Positions 50,911 to 64,000 are shown, numbered from the stretch's first letter. The stretch is DNA of 64,000 nucleotides from Trichodelitschia bisporula (GCA_010356995.1 ML996688.1:62001-126000); one strand, 5' to 3'. The notes: generated by a model from the letters alone, not told the origin. Program-made: numbers and translations.

Positions 50911-52505
50911 ATGAGGGACACTTCTTGCGCAAACGGCTTCGATGCGCCTGTCGTCCAGGAATGGGTGTCTGGGGCCGGCGCGCCCGTGCCGTCGCCATTC
51001 GAAGGCCCCAATGCGCCGCCCATCCTGGATGTCTGGCACACGCTCTCCAAGGGCGATCAGCAGAGCGTTATCGAGAATGAAGTGCTGCGCAACGGCATTC
51101 AGCGTCCTGTTGGGCATACCGTCTCCTTCCACTACAACCCGCGCGTCGAGTCGCATCACTTTGGCAAGAGTCATCCTATGAAACCATGGCGCTTGACTCT
51201 TACGAAGCAGCTCGTCCTCAGCTATGGCCTGCACTATGCGCTCGACCTGTACAGGCCACTCGAGGCAACCAAGGAAGAGCTGGCTGCGTATCACACGCGG
51301 GAGTACCTCGACTTCCTGCAAAGGTGAGCCTTTGTCGGGCCCTCGCCATCTGTTCTGACTGTTTCAGCATCGACCCGCAGCACTCGCATCCCAGCTCGCC
51401 TAACACCGACCACGAGCAGCGCCGCACGGCCTTCCTCGGCAGCAACGAAGCCAATGCCGACTGTCCCGTCTTCGATGGCATGTGGGGATACTTCACGCTT
51501 TACGCGGGGGCATCGCTCGACGCGGCGCACAAGCTGGTGGCGGACCAGTCAGACATCGCCATCAACTGGTCCGGCGGACTGCATCACGCGCACAAGGGCA
51601 CAGGCGCCGGCTTCTGCTACATCAATGACATTGTCCTCGCGATACAGCAGTTACTGCTCGTGACGCCGCGCGTGCTCTACATCGACATCGACGTGCACCA
51701 CGGCGACGGCGTCGAGGAAGCGTTCTACTACACCGACCGCGTGCTCACGCTCTCCTTCCACAAGTACGGCGAGACCTTCTTCCCCGGCACGGGCGCGTTG
51801 GAAGACACGGGTCCCCGCGGATCGCACAATCCCGGCGCGCACCATAGTCTTAATGTGCCGCTACGAGATGGCATCGAGGATGCCGAGTGGGAGCGGCTCT
51901 TTCGGCAAATCGCCGGCGACGCGATCGACACGTACAATCCAGGCGCCATTGTGCTGCAATGCGGTGCGGACAGCCTGGGCGGCGACCGGCTCGGCAGTTT
52001 TAACATCAATATCCGCGCGCACGGGTTCGCAGTCGAGTTTGTCAAGAGCCGCGCGCACGGGCGCAAGATGATGATCGTTGGCGGGGGCGGGTACACGCCG
52101 CGTAATGTGGCGCGCTGCTGGACGCATGAGACCTCCATCGCCGCGGACGTGGAGCTGCGCAACGAGTTGCCGATGCACGTGCCCTACCGACAGGCCTTTA
52201 CGGGGAATGAGAACGGCGACGGCCTGCTCTATCCCTCGCTCAGCAATATCCAGGGCAAGATTCATCCAAACATGAACGACCAGTCCTACTTCGACAACCT
52301 GATTGCCCATAACAAGGAGCAGCTACGGTATATCAAGGGTGGTCCGAGCGTCCAGATGAGCCGCATCCCGATTGATCATCTGAGGATACGAGAGGAGGTG
52401 GATGAGGCGTTGCGGGATGAACTTGAGGATAGGGACCGAGATGAGATGATGCGGAGGCGGAGGGAGAAGAACTATGGGTACCGCGGTGAGCGATTAAGCT
52501 CATGA
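50911..52505 (+). CDS. HOS2: Class I histone deacetylase, Hos2 type
   Basis: HFGKSHPMKPWRLTLTKQLVLSYGL (Hos2-like), DCPVFDG, NWSGGLHHA, GFCYINDIV, YIDIDVHHGDGV, LQCGADSLGGDRLG, GGGGYTPRNVARCW. Exons 50911-51323 and 51368-52505; start ATG inferred. Confidence 0.93.
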
Positions 52506-54610
52506 GGCGTGGGTGTGGACACTTGCGATGGGTGATGACAGATGTTTATGGGCGAATGGACGATGCTCAGGTGATACCTGCTGCTGTACTTGGTACATTG
52601 AGGATTCGACAATCATCGCCGTCATGGGACTGCACCGCTGCCATGGTAAGGTGGCTTCTCGGCACAGGTCAAGACCTTGGCTGTCGGGTGGGACTGGGGA
52701 GGTGACAGTGTGTCGGGTTGAGGATCTAGTCTGGGCGGTACTGTACAATGCGCTCGCGGGAGTTCGGTGAGCGATTGGGAGGCAGCCAGGGGAAGATTGT
52801 CATGAGAGGGAAGCAAGTAGGCAAGTAGCCGCAGTCGTAAGACTCCGGGATGCCGTACGCGGTGCCCGCGGACTCACCAGTCCAAAGCGGAAATGAAGAA
52901 GAATGGATCTAGACACAATTCCCGATAAGACGTCGTACATGCCCGCAGAAGCGCAGTCTCATTCGGGCACCTCCTCCCTTCATCAAGCTCAATTAGCACG
53001 GTAAATGGCATACTGATATCATGCCGTGCATGCGCAGTGACATAATTCAATCTCCCGATCGACCAAGATTGCTCTCGGAGGGAATACCACGAACCCCAAG
53101 ATAGACACGATTGTCCTGATTCCGATTTCATGCGTCGACTCCCCGCTTTACTGTTGCTCGACACACGCATAGCATCACGATTAGAATCGTCGGCAGACCC
53201 CACTCGCCTGGAACGTAGTACAGTACCGTAAACGGCGGCATGTCACCTATTCCAAGATCGTCGGCAGGCTCCACCCGCCCCCATCGGGCATTTCCGCTCG
53301 GCCGCTTACGGTAATTTTCCTCAGCCAACAACACTGGGAATCCATATCGGCGGTAAGCGCTTGTTCGCACCATGCGCCGCGATGCAACTCCAGAGTCTGG
53401 GCCCTCCATGGCCAGAAAGTACCGTATGTGGTGATGGAATGTGTCGCTTCTTTTTCGCTTGATAGCGACCTGCCCCCCGACGTTGCTGGACGTTGTTGCC
53501 AGGAAAGGAACGTGATTGGCTCCGAGGAACCTTATGCATGCGACCATCGCGCAACCCTCGTCCACCTCCCCTGCTCTGTAGCCTCATGCACCACACCCTC
53601 TCTCCCCTCTGATTGAACCTCAGCTCGCACGCCCCAGTGCGCAAAGGGCAACTCGTCGCGCATCTCATTGTTCTTCACTCCCTCACTACTCCCCTCGAAG
53701 TCAACCGCGATAACACCCCCGCGCGCCACCCGCGCCACGCCGCCGACAAGCACCGCAAGCTTATCGCGGCGACGGTCGAGCTTGCTAGCGGGGCGCGGCG
53801 TGCGCCAGGACAAGAGATGGCGGGGTGCTTAGCTTCCCCGGAGGTGGCATGGGGGTATCATGGAGATACTCGTCTCGCCTCTCCATTCTATCCCGCAATA
53901 ATGACTTCGAGTGAGAGCGTTGTGAGTGAGTCGGCAGCGCGCCGCGACTCACGCTCATCCTTCAAGGTATCTGAGTAGCTCGGCCGGGCATGTCCGCCCG
54001 TTTTGGCAGTTCCCCGCAAATGGTGACGATAGGCCTGGCGATCTGCCCGCCCGCTCGCCCGCTCGCCCGTCGCTGTTCGCGCTTCTCCCCGGTATCCTGG
54101 ACGGAGGTCTTGCGCTTGGGAGCTCACGATGCAGGGCGGCGTGGCGCGCCGGGATGCCCATTCATGGCATCGGCTCTCCATGCCGCATGCCATGGCGTTT
54201 TCGACCCTCCACGCCGACCTCCCACCTTATCGCAGGATGGCGGCGAGCGCCCGCGGCCGCGCGGATTAGCGCGCTGAGGCGCGCGATCGAGGAAACGTGA
54301 AGAGCGTATTTCATGGGCTGGGTCCCGCTGCGGGGAAAGGATGTGAACTGCGATTGATCCCTGACACGCTGGACTTCCTGGTTTTTTTTTTTCGCAGCCT
54401 CTAATCTTTGCTGAGCGCGTGGCGAGTGGCTGGTTCTGTGTCGTTAGCGACCCTTGTGTACCGTTTATATCTCCCTTCGAGCGCGATCTTCTTGGCTCGG
54501 CTTTCGTCAACCCCACAATCGCCTTTTGCGGGTTCGAGCTTTTGGGTCTTTGATCTCCAAATCCCCCTGCCTACTGCCTCTGTGCGGATTCCCAGGAGGA
54601 GACCTTCGAT

Positions 54611-56262
54611 ATGTCTGGCCATTACGACCACGATCTCGAGAAGAAGGGCCATGAGCCCCACGTTGTGACCGAGGATGGTGCCGTCCCTGGAGAGTCCTTC
54701 GAGTATGGCAATGGGTTGTATGCGCGCATGCAGCGCCTCGCGGGCAAGTATGGCGTGGAGCAGCGCGGCATCGAGCGGGTGCCGGAGAACGAGCGGACGG
54801 ATACGTCGCTGGCGAACGTGGGCACCATGGTGCGTCCCCATATCCCTCATCCCCTTTGTCACAATTGCTAATTCGTCCCGCAGTGGCTCTCCGCCAACAT
54901 GGTCGTCAGCTCGTTCGCGCTCGGCCTGCTGGCGCAAAAACTCTTCTTCCTCGGCTTCGTCGACGCGATCCTCACGTGCATGTTCTTCAACCTCATCGGC
55001 ATACTGCCCGTGTGCTATTTCTCGAGTTTCGGGCCAAGGTTCGGACTGCGCCAGATGGTGCTCTCCCGGTTCTGGTTCGGATGGTGGGGGGTGAAGTTGA
55101 TTGCCGTGTTCAACGTCCTCGCCTGCATCGGGTGGTCGGCGGTCAACAGCATCGTAGGCGCGCAACTGATCCACGCGGTCAACAACGACGTCCCCGGCGC
55201 CGCGGGCATCGTCATCATCGCCGTGTGCACCTTCCTCATCTGCCTGTTCGGGTACCGCGTCGTCCACGCCTACGAGTTCTACAGCTGGATCCCGACATTC
55301 ATCATCTTCCTCATCGTCCTCGGGTGCTTTGCCCACACCGGCGACTTCATCAACATCCCCATGGGCGTGGGCAAGAGCGAAATGGGCTCCGTGCTCAGCT
55401 TCGGATCCGTGATTTACGGCTTCGCGACGGGATGGACTAGCTACGCCGCCGACTACACCGTGTACCAGCCTGCGACCGCGAGCCGCCGCAAGATCTTCCT
55501 GTCCACCTGGCTCGGCCTCATCTTCCCGCTGCTCTTCACCGAGTTCCTAGGCATCGCGATCATGACCGCGACCACGGCCAACGACGGCAACAACCGCTAC
55601 ATGGACGGGTATAAAGCGTCCGGCACCGGCGGCCTCCTCGCCGCCGTGCTGTTCAAGGGCGTCGGGCACGGCTTCGGCCGCTTCTGCCTCGTGCTCCTCG
55701 CGCTCAGCATCATCGCGAACAACATCCCGAACATCTACTCCGTGGCCCTGACCATGCAGATCATGGGCCGGTGGACGCAGCGCGTGCCGCGCTTCGTGTG
55801 GACCTTTATCGGGACCTGCGCATACATCGCGATCGCCATCCCCGGGTACAACAGCTTCGAGGACGTGCTCCAGAACTTCATGTAAGCCCCCCTTTCTCCC
55901 TTTTCTCCCTAGCCCGTGCTAACCCCTGCGCTAGGGATATGATCGGCTACTGGCTCGCCATCTACGAGGGCATCTCGCTAACCGAGCACTTCGTGTTCCG
56001 CCGCGGCTTCGGCGGGTACGTAGCAGCGCACTACGACGACGCGCGCATGCTGCCGCCAGGCATCGCCGCCGTCGCGGCGTTCTGCTTCGGCGTCGCGGGG
56101 ATGGTGACGGGGATGAGCCAAGTGTGGTTTGTGGGGCCGATTGCGTTGCATGCGGGTCTGGCGCCGTTTGGCGGGGATGTGGGGTTTGAGCTTGCGTTTG
56201 CGTTTGCGGCGACGAGTTATTTTGTGCTTCGGAAGATTGAATTGAAGAGGTTTGGCCGGTAA
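54611..56262 (+). CDS. Purine-cytosine permease (NCS1 family, Fcy2/FcyB-like)
   Basis: EQRGIERVPE, WLSANM, FGPRFGLRQMVLSRFWFG, ACIGWSAVN, GWTSYAADYTVYQP, ANNIPNIYS, IGYWL, GDVGFEL. Exons 54611-54829, 54884-55881, 55935-56262 with in-phase GT-AG introns. Confidence 0.95.
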
Positions 56263-56559
56263 GGGGGGGTTGGGTTGTATGGGTAGGGGCGCTGGGTGGT
56301 TGGGTTGCTTTTTTTCGGGATGCGGTGGGCTGGTTCAGCCTTGTGGGCTCGTGCGTCACGATGTGCGCGTACCTTTTGTAATTGCGGACAGGCAGTTTTT
56401 TGAGATATCAACGTCTAGACACATGTCTCCACTGATACTGGCGTGGATGATTGTCCCCAAAGTGCATCACCTTCCTTTTAGCCGATCAAGGCCAGGGTCC
56501 TTCCTGACTTGGCTGAAACGGTGATGATGAAAGCGTAAGCATTCCGCACTGCCGTCAAT

Positions 56560-56649
56560 GGGCGGCTGGCGCAATGGTAGCGCGTCGCCCTCCTATCCTG
56601 CACTGGCTTAGAAAGGCGAAGGTTCTCGGTTCGAGTCCGGGGTCGCTCG
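56560..56649 (+). tRNA. tRNA-Arg (anticodon CCT) with ~18-nt intron
   Basis: Acceptor GGGCGGC/GTCGCTC, D arm GCGC-AATGGTA-GCGC, anticodon stem TCGCC/GGCGA with CT-CCT-A loop, intron ~56596-56613, T arm CTCGG-TTCGAGT-CCGGG, oligo-T Pol III terminator downstream. Confidence 0.92.
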
Positions 56650-57682
56650 TAAATTTCCTTTTTTGTCTTTTTGATGACCACATGTCCGCTGTTAGAGGAC
56701 TCCCTCTTACGCAGCAAATATTGTGGACACTAAAATTAATGCGTCCAAAAGATGGGAATGCTTTCTCGGATGACGTAGAGATGGACAAGTAAATGGCACG
56801 GAGGAGTGTGTCAAGAGATATTCCTTCAGGAACTACTAGAACAAGTGCGCCAGGCTTCCATCCTTCCCTGACCAAAACCAGTTGCCCTGTGTCTTCCACC
56901 CTCATTTAACACGCCCAGCAATAACCGCATCGCGGAAGGTGCAAGGATATCGTTTCCATGCCACCATTACTGTACGGTACCTTCAAGCGCTCCGTTCCCA
57001 ATCGAGACTAGGTTTCAGCTCGGAGGACGCCCATCGCCGGTTATGGATTCAGATCGTCGGATTTGGACTCCTGCGTCGGGGCATGACTCGTGGGCATTTG
57101 TGGGTTAGGTATCAGGCTGGGGAGCGGGGTGGGCGCGGGGTGGTGATGTCAGCTCGCTGCACTTTCACAGGGTAGAAATCTCGAAATGCTCGCAGGGAGC
57201 TCAGAATGCATTTGGAATGGTGCAGCAACAGAGGCTAGAAAAAGAAACAGAGGCTGGCTAAACTAACCCGAACAGTGAGCAAAAACCTTACCTAGAGATG
57301 TGTTGAACAAGGTACAGATATACGTAACATGCCCAAAGAAAAATCCAAAGCTCCTCGCGAATCGTGAATCGTGAAATATGGAACTCGTACGCCGCATCTC
57401 CAAAAGAACCCGCAGACGCGCCGCCCCGCAGCGCCTCCGCATGTTGAATGCCTCATTTTACGCCGCATGCTCAAGCCTAAGATTCGCTAGCCGTCCGTTA
57501 TACGCTCACTAGCGCCGGATCCGCCAGCCCGCATCTTCACTTTTCCTCACTGGGCCGGGCCAGTGCATTTAATCCAAGTTCCTCGATCTTCACCTAACGA
57601 GAAAAAGGCAACACACCAGCCGGTAGATCCGGCGCCATCATCATTCTTTCCTATAACTCAGCACTGCCCACCCGCCCCTGCC

Positions 57683-60026
57683 TCAGCAGAAAATGGCCGA
57701 GCGAGTACGCTCTGTTTCACGGGTGCTATTGTGCAGATGTTGCGTGCAGTCCAGAACGGCAGTGATGTGCTCGTGCCCGAGCTTTGCGTTCTTGCGCCGC
57801 GCGAGGAGTTGCGCGGTTTTGAGCACGTTCTTGATTTGCCGCCCGTTCATGCTCATTCGCGCGAGCTCGTTGAGCTGCCCGGTGCTGATTGTGTGTTCTA
57901 CGTTGCTGGCGGTCAGGAAGTTGGACCAGACGGTGCGCCGCGATTCGATGCTTAGCTCGGGGTAGTCGAGGGAGATGTGGATGCGAGATTGGAAGGCGGC
58001 GTCGAAGGTGTTTACGCGGTTCGTTGTGAGGAACATGATACCTAGTGCCGGGGTTAGCTTCTGTATGGAGCGAGCTTTGGGGAAGTTAGGATGCACCTTC
58101 GTAGTACTCCAGCACGCGTAGGAAGATAGACACCAGCTTGTTGCGCTCAAGCTCATGCAAGCTGCGCTGCTCGAGGAACACGTCTGCCTCGTCAAGCAGT
58201 AGGATGGCATTCCACTTGGTGCACATCTCGAGGATGTCCTTGAGCGACGTTTCCACCGTGCGCGGATCGAGCCCCAAATCGCCCGCACTCATCATGTACA
58301 GCGGCACTTGCATCTCCTCAGCCACAGACTCAGCCGTCAGCGTCTTGCCCACGCCCGGCGGGCCACACAGCAGCAGTATCATGCCGCGCCCCTTACCCTC
58401 AATGATATCGTCGAAGCCATCCTTGTAGCTCTTCTGGCTCTCCGTGAAGCCAAGGATCAGCTCCTTCTGCTGGGCCGGCAGGACGAGCCGGTCAAACGCG
58501 CCCTTATTCCACGTAATATCCGACACACTGTTCACGAAGAAATTGAGCCACAGCTTCGTCTTCAGGCTGTACCCGCGGATCAGCGGCGTGCAAATGACGC
58601 GCTGCTCCACGCTAAGCGGCATGCGCTTGCTCGCGTCGTCCTCGTCCAGAAAGTGCCCGTCAATTGGCATGCCCCCGTCATCCGCATCCATGTCATCCTC
58701 GTACCCGTCGTCGCCGAGCGACTCAGCGTTCTCGCCGATCTGCATCGCTTGCGGGTCCTTGGCCGTCAGGGCCGAGACGAAGATGGCGTTGTTCGGGTTG
58801 AACCGGTTCCATCCGTAGGTGTCAATCACCACACGCCCTTTGATGTTGTATTTGTCCTTTCCGCCGAATGGACTCAGTTTCCACCCAACGCCGTGGTACT
58901 GCCTGTAGTACGAGCCCGCCAGCTCCTCGACGCGCTTGCCCCGCGCATCCAGCCTTTCCCGCAACGCCTCCCGGTCGGGATGGTATTCGAGCGGAAGGGC
59001 GTTGAGCGCGGCGATCTTGCGAGTGCCCGCGTACTGCCCGATCTTGATGTTGATCTTGTTGGTGCCAAACCGCGACCCATCCCAGTCGACATACTTCCCG
59101 GACAGCCACAGCACAGGCACGCCATTGGAGTCCATGCCGTACTTGGCGCTCACGAGCTTGAGCGCCGTGTCCTGCCCATCCTGGCGCGTGTACACCAGCG
59201 CGCCGGGCTGGAAGATGGTCCACAGGTACTCGAAGGTCATGACGCCCTTGCTCATCATGTCCTGGCTCGAGTCGATCAGGTCCTTGAACTCAGTCGCCAG
59301 GACGTCGAAGAGCAAATCGGCGTGGCGTTTCGTCTCGATCTCTTCCTCGGTCTCGTCGCCGAGCTTCGAGATGGCCTCTTTCAACCGGCCCCAGCGATGA
59401 ATCAGCGGCTCGAATTTACCCGCCAGTTCGAGGCGGCGCAGGTTCACCGTGATGCCCGGGTAGTCGCGGAGCACGTTCTGGAGCAGTTTCTTAAGGAAGG
59501 GCGACTGGACGACGATGGAGTGGATGGCCATGGTCTTGCGTGGGTTGTTGTACACCTTCGTATTGCGCACGAGCAGCGCATACTTGGCTGTTTCCGAGTT
59601 CTCAACCGGGTCCTTGACGTCCTCCGGCGGGGTTGTCTGCCACTGGAAGCGGCCGCGCTTGTCCTCCTTGCCCGAGTACAGCTTCTTGATGTTGCAATCC
59701 ATGCCGGCCTCCATGTGCTCGCCGTTGGTTTTGGGGCCGGGTTCACCGGTAGGCACTTCGGCTTCGGTGGCTGGTGTCACGACGCCGTTCTTCGACATGT
59801 CGATCGACATTTCGTCGTTGTCTTCCGGCCCGTTGAGAAGGAAATTTTTGGCTTCGCCTATCATGCCGGTTGTTTCCTCGCCTTCGGACGAGGCTGAGTC
59901 GCTGTCGTCGCGGTGAAGGCGTCGGGTGCGGGTGGGAATGGGGCAAACTGGGATCGTGGCGGATTCTCCGAGCAGGTAAGGGAGGCTAAATCGTGCACTG
60001 CGGGCACCTCCGCCTTGCGATCTCAT
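57683..60026 (-). CDS. Fungal AAA+ ATPase (single core AAA domain with long N-terminal region)
   Basis: Walker A GPPGVGKT, Walker B LLLDEAD, RNKLVSIFLRVLEYYEG, sensor I FLTTNR, FDAAFQSRIH, MNGRQIKN. Exons ...-58097 and 58041-57683, intron GTGCAT...GCTAAC...TAG in phase; true start may be 59864 or an upstream exon. Confidence 0.93.
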
Positions 60027-63000
60027 GAAAATGTATTAGGTATGGGGGCGAATATCATCGGCCGAGATGGCGCTGATGCGAGGAACGAAGTTTGCTCTGG
60101 GCTCGAGGGGATTGGGAGGATTCGAGATGGTATCGCTGAAGTAGACGACGTTCTGTCTTTCCTTGTCGACACGGATCTATACTGCTGATCTCCACACGAT
60201 CCTAACTAGAGGATGCTACTGCCTACGGCTAGGTAGAATTCCGAAATCCACTCTTGCGGCTGGAATGGCCGTCGCCGCTTCCTGCCTAAACGCGAAGAGC
60301 TCAAGGCCTCCACAGTGTAAGCGCACAGACACGCTACATGACCGGGCAAAAGACGATGAAGTCGTACCTTGCAGAATACTCGTACACTTCCTTGGCTCCT
60401 GGAGGAAATGCGATGAAAAATGCTAAAATCTCAAGCCGAACTTGGACAGAAGGGTGATATCATGGCAATTGTCGCCCAAGATATCGATTCGCACTCGGGT
60501 AAAAATCTTTGTGTGGGTGTCACCTGCTGCCAATCAAGACCTCTCCAACCAGCCCATAAAGGTGCTCTGACTGCACAACCATTAGGAATGAAAGCAAACG
60601 TGGCTCGTATGGCGGTGAAGAAAAATATGAGGCTGTGCGTAGTAGAGACGTTCCACACGTACACTGCAAAGACACGCAGGCTTGCACCTGGCCCACAGTC
60701 AAGTCGGATGGCTGGCCACCACCTCCATAGGAGCCGCAGATGCATGGAGCGGAAGCATGCTCCTGGATTGGAGCTTTTTATCTGTAATGCTCTAGGAATC
60801 CTTTCCCTTCGCAGACTGGAGTAACGTTTGCCGGGGAAAATGAAGTTGAACAGCGCTATTCGGTGAGTATTTCCTATAGGGTACGGGATTCTGGACAGTG
60901 TCTGGAGATGCGTTGGTAATTTGGCCCCGCAAAGGCGTAAGAGACAGGAGGAAAACTTGCCTGCTACCACCGCAGCCCAACCTCCAACGCCCTAGAGATA
61001 TTCGTGTTCAATGCTTATAGCATAATAAGGACCTTGGAATAACGAGTGGAGTGGGGGCAATGGCGCGAATAAGTATGCCAAAGAGCGGCCTCTCCACCAT
61101 GAGACACCGACAAGAGGCCGCCTAAGGCTGGACCATGATTTACCGCTCATTTTATATGACCGTGGTCGTCTTGAGCCTCAATTGCCCGATAAAAATTTGG
61201 TCAGGCGTCAACGAATTTCCGGTGTCTCAAGGGAAGAAGCGCTAGATTATTCCTCTTCCGGCGCACCTCGCCGACGGCCAGCCGCCATATCCCAGTGACC
61301 CGCACTCAGCTCGTCTGCTCCCCCGCGAAGGTTCCAAGAATCCGATCGTCATTTATTACCATAACCGTGCTGTTAGCCGCCAGCGAACCTTCCACTTCAG
61401 TCGCCGTGCATATCGTCCTTCCCCAGCCATGTATCCCGCCAGTGTTCTCGCCGTCCTTCGTCATTGCACGCGCTTCGAACAAGCGATAATGTGGGGAAAG
61501 GCCCCACTCAACAGCCGCCAGGTTGACGCAACCGCGCCACACGCGACGTCAACGGAAAGTTACGACTGCCTCTGCTCCAATTCAACCCGTCATCATCATC
61601 ATGCACCGGAGAAGGTCCCGATTCAAATCAAACGCCATATTCCAGACGCACTCACCTCATCCGTCCTCCCCATCCACCTCGCTCCTCAACCGCATCGGCA
61701 CGCGTCGCGCTCATCCGCGGTTGGCAATACAGTAACGCGCCATGCACACCAACGACCACTCACCACCCGCCACTCAACCACCCACAGCTACCCAACTACT
61801 GTACCTAACCAGCATTAACGCACGCAGGCTCGCCAAACGCGCCTCCACCCAACAACCCCCGCCAGCATCTGCAATGCAGCCACAGCGCAGGCCCCGGCCA
61901 CGCCCGCGACGCCCGCAGCGCTTGCTTCCACGCTGCATCCGATCTTGACCGGCAGCGACGCCCCGCCGCGCCCACCCTATGCCTGGCCCGCCGCTCGCCG
62001 CGTTCTGGAAGCGGACGAACGTGGCCGCCGCAGCGCCGCTAGTGGGATCGAGAAGTTGCATCCCGGTGGTTGCCTACGGGGGTGGCGCCCGCAGCGAGTG
62101 GCCTGGCGGTGCGGCGGCAGGCAGGCAACGGCGAGACGAGGATGCGATTACAATTACTGTTGCTTCGGCCGGAGATGCGAGGACGTGGCATCCGCGGTCT
62201 TGTGTTCGGGGCGGACTCCGGTGGGATCACGGTGCGGGTGGTTGAAACGGAGCTGCTGGCGGGCGGGCAACGCGCGACGTACGTGCGTAGAGTCGTTGGT
62301 CCTGGGTAATATATAAAGCTGCGCTCCCGGGGCCAGGCTGGCGGCGCGGAAGGCTAGAGGTGAGTACCCGGTGGATGCGTGCATTTGCCCGTCTGCCACT
62401 GGGCATCGGGGGGATTTGGAGCTGGAGGCACGAAAGGGCCAGATGCTGGAGCTGGGGAGCACCAGACGGAGCGATGGGATACCAACGACCAAGAAGCCAG
62501 AAGCATGGCGAAGCGTTCCACTATCTCCCGGCGTTCCACCCGCGGCCCTCTCCCGTCGGATCAAAGGCAACGCAACGGTTGTGTGACGCGCCATCGACTT
62601 GCTGCCGTGGTGAGCTGTTCGCCTTTTTTTCTTTCTCGCTTTGGGAGCCATTTTCCGTATGCTCCAGATTCTCAGCTCAAACCAGCGCTGCTGCGGTGAG
62701 CCCGCGGCAGGGTACTCCCTGGTTCCGCAACGCAAGCGTGGGGACCTGGACCGCCCGCGGCCAATCCACCTGCGCTGCATGCCTGTACCTGTTTGTCATG
62801 CTCGCGCGAGTAGCTCACAGTTACGGAGTAGCCGCTGCTGCCTTCCGGACGGCACTCAGTGTTGCAATTTGAGGCCGATATGGGGACATTTGCTTTCCGC
62901 CAACCTTGCCACTGTTGCCGCCTTGTCTTGCGGGAGTCGATGACAACCATTCGTTTCACGACAGTCCGTGACGGGCGGCATGTGAAAAGCTGGGGGTGGT

Positions 63001-64000
63001 GCAACCTTGATCAGCGCGGCACAGCTGCGCACATTGCACAGGCATGAAACAGCAATGCGGACCGGGAGGGAGGGGTGAAGGGGGATGTACGGGATGTACG
63101 GGATGTGGGGGTGTTGCTGGGTGGAGGGGTAACAGTACGATGAATAGGGCGCTGGAGGGGTAGGACGAGGGAGGGTGTGAGGAGGGGAAGCCAAGGATGA
63201 CCGGGTGCGGGACCACCAGCCCTACGGCAGCCACCGCCGTGACTACCCGAGAATGTAGCGGCGCGGCGTGTTGTATCGCCCTTTTCCTTGGTGCTTATCA
63301 AAGGAGTCATCGACGTACGCTATCGGGGCGGAATCTTGGGGAGAGGGCAAGGCTTTCCAAGGACGGGTAAGTGAGGCACTGATGAGCTGGCAGGGCGGCA
63401 GTGGGTGCAACTGGAGCGGTGTTTAAGGAGAGATGCTGCTACGTGTGTTGCGCTGCTGCGCGTTGCCTGGCCGCTGGGTGTTGCTGTACATTCTATGTAC
63501 CATGCTGGTCGCGGTGCGCGGGCCGATGCTGTTGTTGGCGGGGCGGGATAGTGGAGGGCCACTGATGGCCGCACTTGGTACTTCGTACTTCGTATCTTGC
63601 CTGTGTGGCGCTGAGGGGATCGGATGTGCGGACAGGGAATGCGTGCGGCGTTCTTCCATGGTGCATGTCTCCACGTCTGCGATACTACTAATCTCGTAGC
63701 ACGGCCGACGGGGGCTTGATTGGGGGTGCGTCGATTGCAGCGATGCAGCGATGCTTGCGCAAGAGGCACCGCCCCTCGCTCTTTCCTCTCAGGGGTCTAG
63801 ATTGACATTGGTGAGTCCTGCTGGGAGTGATGGGATGCGGATTAATACCTCGGGTTGACTGTCCAGCGGATCGGGTATAGCGGGATTTCAACGCTACGGT
63901 AGGTTAGGTGAGTGAGCCATGGTCCGGATTCTGTATGTTACCATCCCGCCGCCAACCGGACTGGCGAGCATGGACACGTTTGAGGGGATGTGGAATTTCA

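Noticed and set aside
54300..54900. TPP riboswitch at the permease gene
   Set aside because: No CTGAGA or CTTGATC.GG.TAATACC.GCG-type consensus found in leader or introns
58308..59897. 529-aa plus-strand ORF (and similar long antisense ORFs over SDR, YNG2 and permease)
   Set aside because: Antisense to well-supported genes; explained by strong GC3 codon bias

Overview
Eukaryotic, intron-containing genomic DNA of a filamentous ascomycete (Pezizomycotina, possibly a Dothideomycete; inferred from mostly 42-60 nt GT-AG introns with CTAAC-type branch points, high GC and gene content). About 15 protein genes could be modelled by hand with in-phase splice sites: an alpha/beta-hydrolase + cysteine-phosphatase fusion, a DUF4360 secreted protein, MsrA, a small Cys-rich protein, a ~1170-aa double CCHC zinc-knuckle protein with a GC-AG intron, a divergent XLF/Nej1-like protein, an ERD2-like receptor, a Myb/SANT protein, an arrestin-like protein, an SDR, Spa2, Yng2 and Hos2 (head-to-head), an Fcy2-type permease and an AAA+ ATPase. 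There is also an intron-containing tRNA-Arg(CCT). Unexplained structure includes a 70-bp near-perfect intergenic hairpin (16653-16819), four ~90-bp direct/inverted repeat units (5673-6141), a 1.6-kb reading frame broken by three in-frame stops and flanked by ~126-bp-period duplications, and a C-rich 5' to G-rich 3' skew within genes. All family calls come from motif recognition by eye; no database searches were run.
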